DNA from: Eledone cirrhosa | Taxonomy: Eukaryota | Length of the DNA stretch: 64,000 nucleotides | Direction of reading: 5' to 3' | NCBI GenBank assembly: GCA_964016885.1 | Contig: OZ024742.1 | Coordinates: 297,538,001 to 297,602,000, forward strand | Part shown: positions 27,860 through 42,692 of the stretch, piece after piece | Layout: every line of letters begins with the position of its first letter | Numbering within the stretch: position 1 is the first letter of the stretch | Made by a program: the position numbers and the translations under genes | Notes under the pieces: model-generated | What the model was told of the DNA's origin: nothing | Database searches by the model: none | Seen by the model: only the letters and a program-made list of their open reading frames with translations

Positions 27860-28185
27860 TAGCTCAGAAATTAAAGTCACTCCAGGTAGATGGGCTACTT
27901 CTCCGAATTGAGAGATCAAAGCACTGATACTATGGACATGTGATTAGAATGTCTCAGGAAAGAATCACTGGACAGATTTTATGGACAAAAACCAACAGGT
28001 AGGAGACCCAGGGGCAGGCCTCAAACAAGATGGTTGGATAACATCCATGAGCTTGGCTGGCATGCTTGAAGATCCAGCTGTATCAGTTGGAGACAGTTGC
28101 TTCTGACAGGATCCGCTGGAGGGAGTGTTTGAGGACTCTGCCCGCATGACCCTCTCAGGAATAAGTGGGCAAAGAAGACTACTCT
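27860..28185 (+). mobile_element. RTE/Expander-like LINE 3' fragment
   Basis: RMSQERITGQIL..PTGRRPRGRPQTRWLDNI..VASDRIRWRECL; homologous to 43685-43970(-). Confidence 0.85.
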
Positions 28186-30689
28186 TGGGTAAATTTGGGG
28201 CAATATGCTTCCTTATGATATAAATGGTTGCAAAAGTCAATCTATAGAGGAATAAGAAATGGTAGCTACTAAAGCTACAATGGCATGTAGCCAGTAACGT
28301 TGTTCTCTTACTAAAGATACTCTGTTGAAGTGTTGCAATGGCTTCTCCATAGTGACATATTTAACATTTTGTAAACTTGGATTATGATGCTACATCTGTC
28401 TCACATTCTGCAAAGGATATGAAAGTCTACTTGAATTAGTAGAGAAATACAAAACTTCAAACATGAGAAATGCATATATGGAGACACAGAAAACAATTCT
28501 AAGTAAAATACTTGTAGCTTGTAAAGTTGTTAGTTCCTGTGGTACAGATAATCTTTCTAAAACCTGCATAATTCAGGATAATTGCTGAAACTGTTTCTTC
28601 CTACAAAAGAGGTCTTGGTTGTGGTATTTTAACAATATTCTTTTTGTGAAAGGAAACTGTTAAGAAGTGTATTGCTGTTCTGTCAAACAAGAGGCACTGA
28701 AAACCTAAGTGTGCTATTTTAAAACATTAAACTGGGGATTGTTTTAACCAGGTTTGGTTAGTGTGCTACTTGTAAAACTATTTGCACATATCAATTAGTT
28801 GAACCTAGTTATTTTTTAAGCACCTCTAAATTTGCAGATTGTTTTGTTTTTTTTACTGTAAACTCTTTCAAGACCCTTTTGTACAAACATGTATTAAATT
28901 ACACATTCGATTTGTGTATAAACTGAGAGTTGTGAAAAGTGTGATACCTGATGTAGTTTCAGTCAATTTATAAATGCAGCTTTTATAATATCAAGGTGTT
29001 TAATATCACATAATAGCTATTTTTATTTAAATTGCATTTTATGTCAGGTGATGCTTTATTTTGAACAAACTTGAAAACTACAAAGGTTATTTCTTCTGAG
29101 TCTGCTAAATATCTCATCCTAAGTCTACTTGCTTATCTCCTGCCATCCTTATTGTCTCACCTTCAAGACCCACACTAAACATCTTATCCAATCCTTTCCT
29201 CTCTGACCTGTAACTTTTGGGATTCTCTTATTACCCATATTTTTCTTACAGCACTTACAGTTGTGCATGCTAAACACCAACTACATTAATCTTGTTTGTA
29301 TGAGAGGCCCTGTTATGGTTATTGACATTCTTTCCTTCTCTATCTTTTATAAATAGCGGTTTTCTTTTCATTTTGTTTTCTTCAATAATCATTTTCATGC
29401 CTTTTTATCTCCATCAGGGTCACCACCCCCACACCTCTTCTTCTCTCCCACATCACCCTGTCAATTCCCACCACACATCACCTCTTTAAACCCTACACAC
29501 CTTGTCATACACTCATGACATCATATCTGTCATTCCCACCTCCACTTATAACCTTCCTTACTTCCCTCCTCTATATTACTTGCCCTCATAGAGTAAAGAG
29601 GGCTGGCTCTTTAGTTAAATCAGTGATAATAATCTCTCTAGTGCTGTTGCCATGGTACAACACACCCAGTACACTATAAATTTTTTATGTTAGAAAAGGT
29701 TTCCAATTCAGTCAGGGTATAATAACCTTTCTATTGCTGGTGCCATGAACAATGCACCCAGTGCATACTGTAATGTAAATGGTTATAGAAAGGATATAGA
29801 ACTGTAAAAATCATACTATTATAGTGTTGATTTTTCAAGGACATGATAGTCTCGCTAGCATTGGTGACATGATAAAATGCACCGAGTACACTCTGACAAG
29901 TATGAGAACATATGTAATCAAGTTGTAAACCACCCACCTCATTTGTGAGGTCAGTGGCTCTGGCTAAGTCTGACTTGGTCTGAGATGACCTGTCCAACCC
30001 TTGCTAGCATAGAAAACAGATGCCTCTGCTTCAAACTCAAATCATACTTTTCCTCTGTCATATTCAAATCACTCTCTCTTTCTCCTCTTTTAAATTGTTA
30101 GTATTATTCCTTACATAATTACTCTATCAATCTCATTTGCCTTGAAAGAATGGAAATTGTATCAAGTGAAGAGGTTTATTATAGTGCATGAGGCAACCTT
30201 TCTAGAGCTGGTACCATTATAAAATCCACTAAGTAGATTCTTTGGTGAGTGATCACATGGAAATAACATAGTATGAAGAGGACTCATTAGTCATATTGAG
30301 AACATGGCAAGCTTACGAGTGCTGGTGCTATGATAAAATTTAGTTTGTAAAGAGGTTAGTATTAGGAAGAGTATCCATCCATAGAAACTATAGCAACGAT
30401 TGGAACATATTAGCATGATGTCATTCTCTAGCCCATATAACCTATGCCATCATGAAACACAGATATAACCATATGATGATGATGATTTGATATTTCTGCA
30501 TTTGTTCTATTTTTTTATATTCCCAGGCTATTTTAACTATCAAACAAAGAATCTTCCTGTATCTCCACACTTTAATACATTGCAATTAATTAACTTAGAC
30601 ACTCGTACAATTTACATAAGATTACAGAAGTAATATGTTTTAGATTTGAAAAGCATTTAATGATTAGTTGTTCTGCTAGAGATAACAGC

Positions 30690-32560
30690 ATATTTAAATT
30701 GTACTCCTGAGGCATCACATATTGAAAATTGATGTATAACTCTGAAAACATATAGATCAGTAGCAAAATCATGCTTTGTAATTGTTTTGCAAAACTTCCA
30801 TTGTATTTTCCTATCATCTGCATTGGCCACTTGCAAGCAGTTGACCAGAGATAGTGGGGGATCATTAAAACTACAAAAAGGTGACACCAATTCCTAATTT
30901 GCACCATTTCTTGGCTGCAGCAATCAAAGGTGTTTTTGATGACTGCTAAAGTCAGCAACAGGCATGTAACACTAACTTTTAATCTCACTAATTTGTTTAT
31001 ATCTCAATATTTAAACATTCAATCTGTCTCTCTCTAAAAGAGTTTATATGATATATCTTGCTTACAAGTTCAATTCTATATAAGCATATATACATTCCAC
31101 AAACATATTTTCTTCTCTTGTTATCTCTGTACTGTAATATAATGGTTTCTGATTTAGGCACAAGGCCAACAATTTTTTGGGAAAGGGAAGGTTGATTAAA
31201 TTACTGATACATTATTTTACCGACCCCGTAAGGATGAAAGGCAAAGCTAACCTCGGCAAGATCTGTACTGTAATATAATTGTTTCTACTTTTGGCACAAG
31301 GCCAGCCATTACCCAGTGTATTACTGGTACTTTATTTTATCGACCCTGTAAGGATGAAAGGCAAAGTTAACTTCGGCGGGATTTGAACTCAGACTGGCAA
31401 GGGCCGTAACTCTAAGCATCAAAGCATGGCGAATGGTTTCTGATTTAGTCAGAAGGCCAACAATTTTAGGGGAGGGAATAGTTGATTAAATCTACCCAGT
31501 CTGTTACTGGTGCTTTGTTTTACTGATCCCTGTAAGGATGAAAGACAAGGCTATCCTCAGCAAGATTTGAACACCAAAAGCATGGTGTCTGACACTCTAC
31601 TGATACTGCCAATCCCCCGCCCTGTGTACTGTAATACAATGTTAACAGTAAGATTATGTTTGTTATAAACAGGGCCTATGGTACTTTGTTTCATGGCCAG
31701 AGAGGTATGAAGGCTCCATAGTAACCATGCAACATCCATCCCCCTGTCCTCGAATTTCAGTAAAACTTTTGCCTGCTTCTGGCCCCAAAGGGATCTTGTA
31801 CCACCTTGCAAAATTTCTCTTGGAGGCACTGGTTATAATTTTGAAATGGGAATTCTACATTTCTGAAGTGTTGTTATATCATCTCTTGGATTTGCTGCAG
31901 GCCATAGCAATAAATAAATATTAATTAGAAGTCTTGTTTCCTTCATTGATCTATTTATCTCAATACTAATGCATTGGGAAAATTGCTCCCCAAACAACAT
32001 TGATCACATCATCAGCATATGAATAGAATACCAACAATATTAATTCAATCCAACAAACAAAAGGGTGACCTGACATTCAAACATGCAAACCTTCTCAAAT
32101 AAACACAGTTTTTTCTGTGCAGCCGTCATTCATTCAACACCACATGGTTTGGTGGCATTCATATACCAATATAGCTCTCTTTATACATCCCTACAACAAA
32201 CAAACATGGCTACACTGAATGCAAAATTTCCTAGATAAAAACAGACTTCCTACTTAACAGTTAAAGAAATGAAAACCAAACTTCTTTCACAAAATTAAGT
32301 CTACAGTTGTTCCTACTACAACAGCAACATATTTTCATCTTCATAAATTTTTACCAGCAGGCTATGACTGTAAGCAGCATGAAAATGCAGAAAAAAAACG
32401 TACATACACGCATGCGCACATACATGCAAAGAATGAAAATATTCTGAATTCTGTAAAAATATTGACCACCAATATTTTAATTATTTAATCCATTTTCATG
32501 TACATTTCATTTTAATATTTTTCCATTAATTGATATTATTCTATCTCCTTTTTGTTTTAA
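30690..32560. repeat. Left arm of ~1.9-kb inverted duplication
   Basis: Reverse complement of 33853-35777 with scattered substitutions and two short indels. Confidence 0.95.
31144..31624 (-). mobile_element. Tandem cluster of three SINE A copies (mirrored at ~34817-35322 +)
   Basis: Three SINE cores; TGTACTGTAATAYAAT at 31128, 31264 and 31625. Confidence 0.9.
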
Positions 32561-32719
32561 GGTTGTTAAAAGCATAACACTTGAACATATCTCATTGTGC
32601 TACATATTTCAATTATGTCTTTGCATTTATTCCATAGTTAAAGCTGTTGAAAGTATATCATTTGAAAGTATGTCATATGGTAAACATATGCAATATCAAG
32701 GAACACAAAGCACAAATCA

Positions 32720-32960
32720 CTTACTTACTCAGGGCCTTTATATCACCTGCAACATAGGTCGTTGATGATAATCATCTTCCACTTATCCTATTTCTGGTTC
32801 TTCTTCTCCAATTGACCCCCAGCTCCATTCAGATCTTCTCATGGCACCAGGACTTCCTTGGTATGCCTTTCTTCATTTTTTGCCTCAGGGGCTTCACCTG
32901 AGGGACTGCATGGTGATGTGTTGTTGACCGTTTGATGGTGTATACAATCTAGTGCCACTT
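32720..32960 (-). mobile_element. Old RTE-like LINE 3' remnant in the spacer of the inverted duplication
   Basis: Degenerate NITMQSLR..GKK.R..P-type C-terminal motif and (TAAG)n-like tail. Confidence 0.45.
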
Positions 32961-33852
32961 TCTTTGCCTGATCGCCATTGCAGTAAAGATTTCCATATAT
33001 CTTCATCAAAATAACTGCTATATCAATAGCCACAATGGGTCTAAACATACGAGTGGGCACACTAATTTCACTCTAAATCATAAGAAATCAATTGTCACCT
33101 GTATGAATAGTGTTCACATGGCCAGGCCCAGAAACTATTAGAAAAGCATTCCCATGTCTATATGAAGCCTCTACATCATCCCCACAGTCCCATGTGCCCA
33201 TGAAGCCTCTGCTGCTGTCAGCCCCACATCCCATATATCCATGGTGCCTTCACTTCTACTAACACCCACTCTTTGTTATTCATGTGTAATATATAGCTGC
33301 ATGTGGGTTGTATACAAGCATTAAATGAACTTTGTTTTAGAATAGATATGTTTAACAAAGGACCAGGTGCAAGTTAATCTTAGTTATAAGACTCCTGCAG
33401 AACTAGATTAAATAACAGTTGTTTCTGATGTTTCTCTCCATTAATTCAAAATCTGTAAATATATGCTATAATAGGGAAACCATTAGCATAGTTTAAAATT
33501 TACACGTTTCAGTTTGAGTGAAGAGAGATATATTCGAAAGGATCTCTTACAGAGCTATTATATCAATTACAACAATTCTTTGAAATGTAGTTCACTCTGT
33601 AAATGGAACATTTTCATACTTATATTGCTGTTAATTTAAGACTAAGGGTTGTCAAGGCTGTTGCCTCCTTTAAGGCCAAGTAGGCAGTCACTTTGGGTGC
33701 ACATCTCAGATAGGCATATTACTGATCTTTAAATGAACAATTTTAAACAAATTTGTATAATAAAATTAAAAATTGCTTTTGTTTGTTTAATAAAAATTGA
33801 CTATTCGATTTATTGTAAAAAAACTAAAGAGCCAGGGCTCAACCTTGACTAA

Positions 33853-35777
33853 AAAACAAAAAAGAGATAGAATAATATCAATTAATGGAAAAATATTAAA
33901 ATGAAATGTACATGAAAATGGATTAAATAATTAAAATATTGGTGGTCAATATTTTTACAGAATTCAGAATATTTTCATTCTTTTCATGTATGTGTGCATG
34001 CGTGTATGTACGTTTTTTTTCTGCATTTTCATGCTGCTTACAGTCATAACATGCTGGTCAAAATTTATGAAGATGAAAATATGTTGCTGTTGTAGTAGGA
34101 ACAACTGTAGACTTAATTTTGTGAAAAAAGTTTGGTTTTTATTTCTTTAGCTGTTAAGTAGGAAGTCTGTTTTTATCTAGGAAATTTTGCATTCAGTGTA
34201 GCCATAGGCTGTTAAGTATATCAAGACCTTTGTTTGTTTGTTGTAGGGATGTATAAAGAGAGCTATATTGGTATATGAATGCCACCAATACCATGTGGTG
34301 TTGAATGAATGACGGCTGCACAGAAAAAACTGTGTTTATTTGAGAAGGTTTGCATGTTTGAATGTCAGGTCACCCTTTTGTTTGTTGGATTGAATTAATA
34401 TTGTTGGTATTCTATTCATATGCTGATGATGTGATCAATGTTGTTTGGGGAGCAATTTTCCCAATGCATTAGTATTGAGATAAATAGATCAATGAAGGAA
34501 ACAAGACTTCTAATTAATATTTATTTATTGCTATGGCCTGCAGCAAATCCAAGAGATGATATAACAACACTTCAGAAATGTAGAATTCCCATTTCAAAAT
34601 TATAACCAGGGCCCCCAAGAGAAATTTTGCAAGGTGGTACAAGATCCCTTTGGGGCCAGAAGCAGGCAAAAGTTTTACTGAAAATCGAGGACGGGTGGGG
34701 TGGATGTTGCATGGTTACTGTGGGGCCTTCATACCTCTTTGGCCATGAAACAAAGTACCATAGGCCCTGTTTATAACAAACATAATCTTACTGTTAACAT
34801 TGTATTACAGTACACAGGGCGGGGGATTGGCAGTATCAGTAGAGTGTCAGACACCATGCTTTTGGTATAGAGTTACCGCCCTTTATGATCTGAGTTCAAA
34901 TCTTGCTGAGGATAGCCTTGTCTTTCATCCTTACAGGAATCAGTAAAACAAAGCACCAGTAACAGACTGTAAGATTTAATCAACTATTCCCTCCCCTAAA
35001 ATTGTTGGCCTTCTGACTAAATCAGAAACCATTCGCCATGCTTTGATGCTTAGAGTTACAGCCCTTGCCAGTCTGAGTTCAAATCCCGCCGAAGTTAACT
35101 TTGCCTTTCATCCTTACAGGGTCGATAAAATAAAGTACCAGTAATACACTGGGTAATGGCTGGCCTTGTGCCAAAAGTAGAAACAATTATATTACAGTAC
35201 AGATCTTGCCGAGGTTAGCTTTGCCTTTCATCCTTACGGGGTCGGTAAAATAATGTATCAGTAATTTAATCAACCTTCCCTTTCCCAAAAAATTGTTGGC
35301 CTTGTGCCTAAATCAGAAACCATTATATTACAGTACAGAGATAACAAGAGAAGAAAATATGTTTGTGGAATGTATATATGCTTATATAGAATTGAACTTG
35401 TAAGCAAGATATATCATATAAACTCTTTTAGAGAGAGACAGATTGAATGTTTAAATATTGAGATATAAACAAATTAGTGAGATTAAAAAGTTAGTGTTAC
35501 ATGCCTGTTGCTGACTTTAGCAGTCATCAAAAACACCTTTGATTGCTGCAGCCAAGAAATGGTGCAAATTAGGAATTGGTGTCACCTTTTTGTAGTTTTA
35601 ATGATCCCCCCACTATCTCTGGTCAACTGCTTGCAAGTGGCCAATGCAGATGATAGGAAAATACAATGGAAGTTTTGCAAAACAATTACAAAGCATGATT
35701 TTGCTACTGATCTATATGTTTTCAGAGTTATACATCAATTTTCAATATGTGATGCCTCAGGAGTACAATTTAAATAT
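33853..35777. repeat. Right arm of ~1.9-kb inverted duplication
   Basis: Matches left arm; carries extra 26 bp (34206-34231) and 27 bp (34867-34893). Confidence 0.95.
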
Positions 35778-36395
35778 AAGGTCACTGAAGAATGGGGAAG
35801 GGGAATAGGAGGTTGATGGGCTCTAGGCCTAGGGCATGGTGGTATTAGGGCTGCACCCCACGGGCAAGGCTGCAAAAGCATTAAATTAAATATATAATAA
35901 TTTTCTATGATCAATGAATAATTCATTAAACATCTTTGCATGGAAAAATTCAAAATGGTGAAGAAGGCTGTATGGTGTTATGATCTGTCAACCTGAACTA
36001 GTGGGGTTGTGTGTTGACAGCATAGTGAAAAATGAAGCTTTTATAATTTTCTTAGTGTGGGCAGAATAAGAAATGTCTAGAACTTGATTTGTCAGCTTAC
36101 CAAACAATAAGTTTATATTCGGGAGGATAGGGTGCAAAAGTGGGAAATGTGAGCACACATTGTTGAGATAACTTAGGTGCTAGCTCTGAGGATGATGCAA
36201 ACATATTTAATATTGTGATACAAGAAATCTTTATTGCTGTATGTATTTAAGTAAAAGTCGAATTTTGTAGACAATCTTTTGAGGTTAGATTCATGGAGTT
36301 AACTATTATGTGCATACTATATTTGAGGGGTTGAAATTAACACTAAACTTAAAACTACCATATAAATAAGTAGATGCTCAAATAGAATCCTTTCA

Positions 36396-36616
36396 CCCTT
36401 TAGCATTTAAATCGGCCATATCCAGCCATAATTCTCTCACCTCTTTCTGTTCAAACCGGTTGTAATAAGCAGCTCATATCAATGTTAAGGTATTGTTCTA
36501 AAAATAAATAATATCAAAATCTGATAGATTCGATACTATGTGTGATAATTATGTGAAGTAAAGCGTTTACTGTGGAAATATAATAGTAGATATAGAGTAA
36601 TGTAAATGCTAAAGGG
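36396..36616 (+). mobile_element. piggyBac-type MITE, second copy
   Basis: TTCA|CCCTTTAGCATTTA ... TAAATGCTAAAGGG|TTAA; colinear with 23295-23502. Confidence 0.88.
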
Positions 36617-39600
36617 TTAATAATAGGTCTGCTTGATCAAAACTCATCTGCATCTAAACAATAACCAACCAAAATGACATCCAGTAAAAATGAACCCCAA
36701 AGTGAATAGTAATGTTTGATTATATAGTTATATGCATATGTCAATCTACTCTCCTCTATTCATCTATATGCTGAATGGCTCAGCAGGTTGCTATAATATA
36801 ACAATGCTTGTTTATCTTATAGTGTAATAGTCGTCTGCTTGATGTTTATAAGAATTGACATATGACTGGAAGAAAACTCTGACCTTCTCTTAATATTTTA
36901 AGAGACTATCATCAATTGAATATATTTCAGTGTGTCAGTGCCAAGCATACCCACACTTGGGCATGTTCATGCATACACACGCACACTTTTCCAGTTAAAT
37001 GCAATCACATATCAAAGAGACACAGAATGTATTTGTGATTATGTGTAAACCTTTCTGTAAGAGCAATGCTATCACTTAATTTCCCATAAGATTGCTATGA
37101 GAAATAAATGAACTTTTCATTTCAGTTAGATGGTGTTTATATCTCTAATCTACTATGTCTGGTTGATTTCTAGCATGTTTATATGATTATGGGTTTCAAA
37201 ATAGATTTAAAATGTCAAATCTGAAGTACATATCATAACAATGAGGAAGCAATTTAATTTAAAAAACTGAAATACGTTGCTTTTCAGTCTTAATCATTGC
37301 TTGATTGAAAACAATATGTATAAAGTATTTTTCTGAAGTACACAACATAATGCCACCTATTCCAGGAATAGAACCAATGATTTTATGATCATGAATCCAA
37401 CAATCTAATCACTAGAATATGGTGAAAACAATGAAATATATCAAATATGAATCGTTGTTTATTCTCAGTTTGGAAACCTTGTCCAAATGTTTGCAACAGA
37501 ATGGACTTTCAATACCCAAGGTGATATTGTGGTGTTAAAACGCATGATAGATTTAGTTTACTATTAAACTATTAAACTCCAGTAAAATAGTTCTTGCGAT
37601 ATATGTGAATGCTCATAATAATTGAGAAATTAGGACATTGAGAAAAATTTAACTTGTTCCACCAGTTCTAAATTAGAAAAGTTTAGTTAAGATCACTGTT
37701 AACTCTTAATATCCTCTACAACATTAAGCTGCACTAGAAACACATTCTTGAAAAGCTCAAAACTGTTTAACAACTCCATCACATTATAAACCAACGTCTT
37801 TACTCTAACACCCCAAATTTTCAAAGCAATTTGTTCATTAGTAAAGTTACTATGAATATTTAAATTATCACACTCAGTTTTAGATATTTTCAATACAGGC
37901 AGTTGAGATTTAATGGAAGAGACATATGGCACATAGGTAGTTGGTTGAATCTGTGCAATCCACAAATTCCTCCTAATCTATGCCATACAATGGAAATCCA
38001 TACAATGGAAATCCATACAATGCATGTATCTCTGGTGATGTATATCTGCATCTCAACAGTGTTTGAATTTAAAGAGGTTGTTGTTGTTTAGCTCTACATC
38101 ACCCTCATCAAGAAAGCCTATAAGCAAAGTCATTCAAGTCATAATCATCCCAATTATGGTTTTTACTGGCATAGTATTTTGGAAAACACTATCTAATATG
38201 TTTTTTTAAGATGTTAGTGTGTAATGTGATAGAAATTTAACTCTTCCTATTCCCAACAGGTTGAGCAGCCCCATATATATCCTTGTTGCCTAATGAACTT
38301 ATAGACAATGCTGCTATTTCTTGCATGTGTGTGTATGAGTGTGTTGCTTCTCTGGATTGTATGAGAGGAATAGTGTTCTTGAGGTATTATGGGAGGTGTA
38401 TATGTCTAGTTTTTTGAGAGGTTATCATATTCTGGCAAAAACTGTGAGTTAAAATTTGTTGGTGGAACAAACACATAAGTAGGTTGTGTAACATTATGTT
38501 TACTTCATTGTGTAGATGGCTTTTGGGTATCATCTGTGTGTGGCCTGGGAGGATTTGAAATGCAAATTATGCAAGTTTAGCTGGCCACCTATAGGTTCTG
38601 GAATGTTTTAATGCTAGGGGCCCCAGTCTTATTATGAAAAGCAGTATCAAATGAAGGGTGTTGCTCAGAAACACAACAGACCACCTGGCCCACTACTTTG
38701 TAATCATGAGACCAGCACCTTAATCACTATGTCCCATTCCTTCACTAATAATCCGCCCTTCTTCACTACTAGTTCACCCATCTTCACTACTAAGTCACCA
38801 ACCTTCATTACCATGACTAGGCCACTCACCTTTACCTCTCCGTCACATACAATCACTTTGAGGAGCATTGGTTTTGTAAATTATATTATGTTGTGTATAA
38901 CCATATTAAAAAAAAACAAAAAAACTTGTTAGCTACATGTGTAATTTTTCAAGACAAATTATTGTGATAAGATTTTCAATTTTCTCAAATATGAATATCA
39001 TTGGAGTTTTCTTTGTAATGCAATGTTTTCATTGGTTCAGTCTCTGATTGTCATTAGACATTCTATTCATTAATACTTAGTAGTCAAATCCATTGAGTCT
39101 CCTACTTGAAAGAATATAGGTTTTAAGTTGAAAGCCAGTTCAGGAAGGTTGTGTATATATATCTATGTAGAAATAGGCCACCTTATAACAATCAGAGATT
39201 GAATTAATTGAAATCTAGTGTTGTATTATACCCAGCACCTCATGGTTATGTTATGAAGTAAACTTAACCCATTTAGCTATGCTGCATTCCAGTGTGAGGT
39301 TCTAGGTTCAATTTTACTGTGTAGCATCTTTCGCAAATGTTTTTTTTTTTAGGATAATAATAATTTCAAGTTAATCCAAGCTTGTGAGTGAAACTGTGTA
39401 GTCAGAAATTGGTTTGAAAGCTATTCGATGGACTATACCTCTAATTTAAAGGGCTAGCTTTGTCACACACTGCTTTATGTTGAATCTCTTTTATAATTAT
39501 GTTAAGAGTCTCTAGAATACTCAGCTACTTACTTAATTTCATAAGTTGGCCATTCATAATTTCTGCTTCAATCCCATGGGATGGCATTTGGACAAGTGTC

Positions 39601-40595
39601 TTATTCCATAATCTAGTTCAACTAAAGCCTACTTTCCCATACAGCCAGATCAGCCTTTTTTTTACCCCTTCCACATTTTCTCATTACTTAATTTTGCCTT
39701 TATCTCTCTTTTTCATATTTATGTAATCATCAATGGTTTTTAAGCCATGAATATTTGTAATATAGTCTTGTATCTCTCTAAAAAGAAATGACATAATTAT
39801 TTTTGGTAAAAGTAAACAAGGTAACGAAAAAAACTGAAGTCTTGTGATTGAAATGTAGTTGATGAAACCTGTGTGGAAGCTCATCAAAAGAACTGATCAT
39901 ATTCCTGGTTGGTAAACGTAATTCAATGAATGTGTGCCTTTAGCAAAATCTACATGTTGTTGCAAGATTTTGACCAATTCACTTGTCTGAAGATAATATT
40001 TACCTTTCACCCCACCAATTTTAGTGACCATGAAATTTCTAATAAACAGTACTCCTTCCTCCTCTGACTAAAACATTAACCCTTTTGATAGCTATCTGCC
40101 CAAAACTGCCTCTACTTCCATGAACCGCCCATTTGCAAGGGTTCCTATTTAAATCAAAATCTTCCAACATAGTTTTATATAAGAACCATTTGTTACACAT
40201 ACTATAATTAAATCTTTTAGTAAATCCCTCTAAAACCTTCATCCAGTAAATGGAATACAGTGCATTGCATTAGAAATATGGTAAGGAAAGTGTTTAAAAA
40301 CAGATTTGATAAAAAGACTTATGAAAATAAGTATTTTGCATACCTATTTGATTCATGGTAACATATGACCACAAGATTAACTATATGTTAGTAACAACAT
40401 TGATAATAAATTCTCCATACATATAACCTCCTCCTAAAAAATAGTAAAACCTTCTATTCGTTTATGTATCTTTTCTCTAAGTTGTTTTCAATTTTTAATA
40501 AAAGAATTACTTTACTTTATAGTTTTCGTTTTAGATTAGTTATCACTTGTTATTAGATCTCAATATGGCTTGGCTTTGCTTGAGAATCATAATAA

Positions 40596-40818
40596 TTTGG
40601 GATATAGCTCTACACAATTTGGGATATTGCTCTCCACAAATTTGAGGAATAATGATACAGACATTTTAGAAACAACTATGCAGAATTTTGAGAAATAACT
40701 ATTCACAAATTTATTGAATAACTATTCACAAATTCTGGCAATAACTATATACAAATTTCAGGAATAACTATACACAAAGTTTAGGAATATCTATTGACAA
40801 ATTTAAGAAACAGCTATA
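40596..40818. repeat. Degenerate ~23-bp minisatellite, ~10 units
   Basis: Unit approximately GGAATAACTATACACAAATTTNA. Confidence 0.8.
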
Positions 40819-41749
40819 TGTCATAATTTAATGTCTGTTTCTCATGCTGGTATGGGTTGGAACTTTGATGAATAATTATAAATAAATGTTTCATAAACTC
40901 CATATTAGAGAAATTTTCACATTTTCAAACGGGTTTTTAATTCTTGATATTACTTCACCAGTATTAGCAAACCATGTAAAATGTACCATATGGTGATATT
41001 TTTATTTAGCAAACCCATTTTAATATTGCCAATTACATAACTAAACAGCTTTTATTTGCTTCCAGAACTTTCTGCTCCTATAAGTTCTTGTGTAAAGTAG
41101 AGAGAGAAATGAAAACTTTCTTTGGTGATGGCAATGGTAGAATATTTTGATTAATGAGGAGTTGTTATAGCAACACAAATTTTTAAAGCAAAAACTTTTA
41201 TTCAACAAACTATCTTCATATTCCTTTTATGTACTATCTATTGTTGAATTCTTCTCTGAAACATTGCAGACATTTTTTCTATTGAAAATAGAATAGTTTA
41301 TTTGAATTTCAAATAAGCTTTCTTAGATTATTGTTAGTTCGATTATGTTCAAATATCGTTTAGATATTACATATTATTATCCCTTACTGTTATTTTGTGT
41401 TCAGTCATATCTTGTCATAGACTATTAAATAATCAGTATCATACTGAAAGCATAATAAAGGAAACAAAGACGATTTGTGAAAACTGGAAAAGCCTTCTGG
41501 AGCATTAAGAATAGTCACTGAAATATCTGATGAAATAGCTCATATACTAACTACTTACATATTATCATCATCATCCTCATTTTATATCTAATCTCCATGC
41601 TGGCTTGTGTTGAATTGGATGTAATGGTCAGATATTAGACTAGTTAGGGAACCATGTCCAGCTCATGCATTTCGTATTTTTGCTTGGGTTTTATAGTTGG
41701 AATAGGTTATGCAAGTTACTGAAAAAGTAACTATTTAGATAAGATGTAA

Positions 41750-42575
41750 AGTCCATTGATGCAGTCTAAGTGAGACAACTAGTTAGCTATGTGTGAGTCA
41801 AGCATTGATCAATTTTAGGAAGGCCTTCCATGGGGTTCCTCAATCTGTAACCTGATAGTCACTAAGGAAATTAAGACTAGATTAGTGTATTGTGATAGCT
41901 GTGCAAGCCATGTGTATAGAAGCCATCAGCAAGGTGACAGTTGGCCATGAAGACGAGAAAATATTTAGCTTGCAAATAGGTATCTATCAGCAAATAGGTA
42001 TCTGCAGACACCCACGAGATTAGCACTCAGAGTACACAGAGAATAGGTTCCTTCAAATGTCTGCAATGATCCCAAGAAGTGGCTTTTCTTTCCCCTGGAA
42101 GTCATAATTAACCTTGGAGGTAGGTGTTTCAAAAATAGAATAATTACAGGAAAAGGCAGGATGGAAAAAGTTCAGGGAACTATTATATCAATTGGCAACA
42201 AATAGTTTCTCTTTCATAGTGAAGAGTAATATTGCATAGTAATGAGAAACACCTTAAATGCAGAGAATCTGTGGGAGTTAGAAAGAAATGTAATAAGCAT
42301 GGTCAGCTGGATATGTAATATTAGTGTGCATAAATAACAGGGAACACATGAGCATAAAGAAAAACTAGGTACAAGAGCAATCAAATATAATGTGCAAGAA
42401 AGAATACGATACTAGTATGGGCATGTGAAGCACATGGAGAATGCCATTTGTATGAAGAAGTGGTGTAACTTGTAGGTGTGAGAGACCAAAGTGGATTTGA
42501 GCTGAGGTAGTATAGACAGATCTCTGGCCTATCTAAAAGTAGTAATTCCAAATAAGCATGGAAAAGTGGATATAA
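41750..42575 (+). mobile_element. Old RTE LINE copy related to 1545-2520
   Basis: RKAFHGVP, SLRKL, AGWKKFRELL, LERN..SMVSWICN; tail GCATGGAAAAGTGGA..TGATGATG. Confidence 0.75.
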
Positions 42576-42581
42576 AATAAT

Positions 42582-42692
42582 TGTTTCTATTTTAGGCACA
42601 AGGCCAGCAATTACCCAGTACATTACTGGTACTTTATTTTATCGACCCCGTAAGGATGAAAGGCAAAGTTAACCTCGGCGGCATTTGAACTC
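42582..42692 (-). mobile_element. 5'-truncated SINE A with 19-bp TSD, inserted in the LINE tail
   Basis: AAAGTGGATATAAAATAAT at 42563-42581 and 42693-42711. Confidence 0.92.

Noticed and set aside
34405-34445. YADD motif inside the inverted duplication
   Set aside because: No other RT motifs in frame, and stops on both sides.
35508-35816. ORF shared with 30590..30988(-), vaguely signal-peptide-like
   Set aside because: Shared only because of the duplication; frameshifted between arms (C5 vs C6) and has no recognisable domain.
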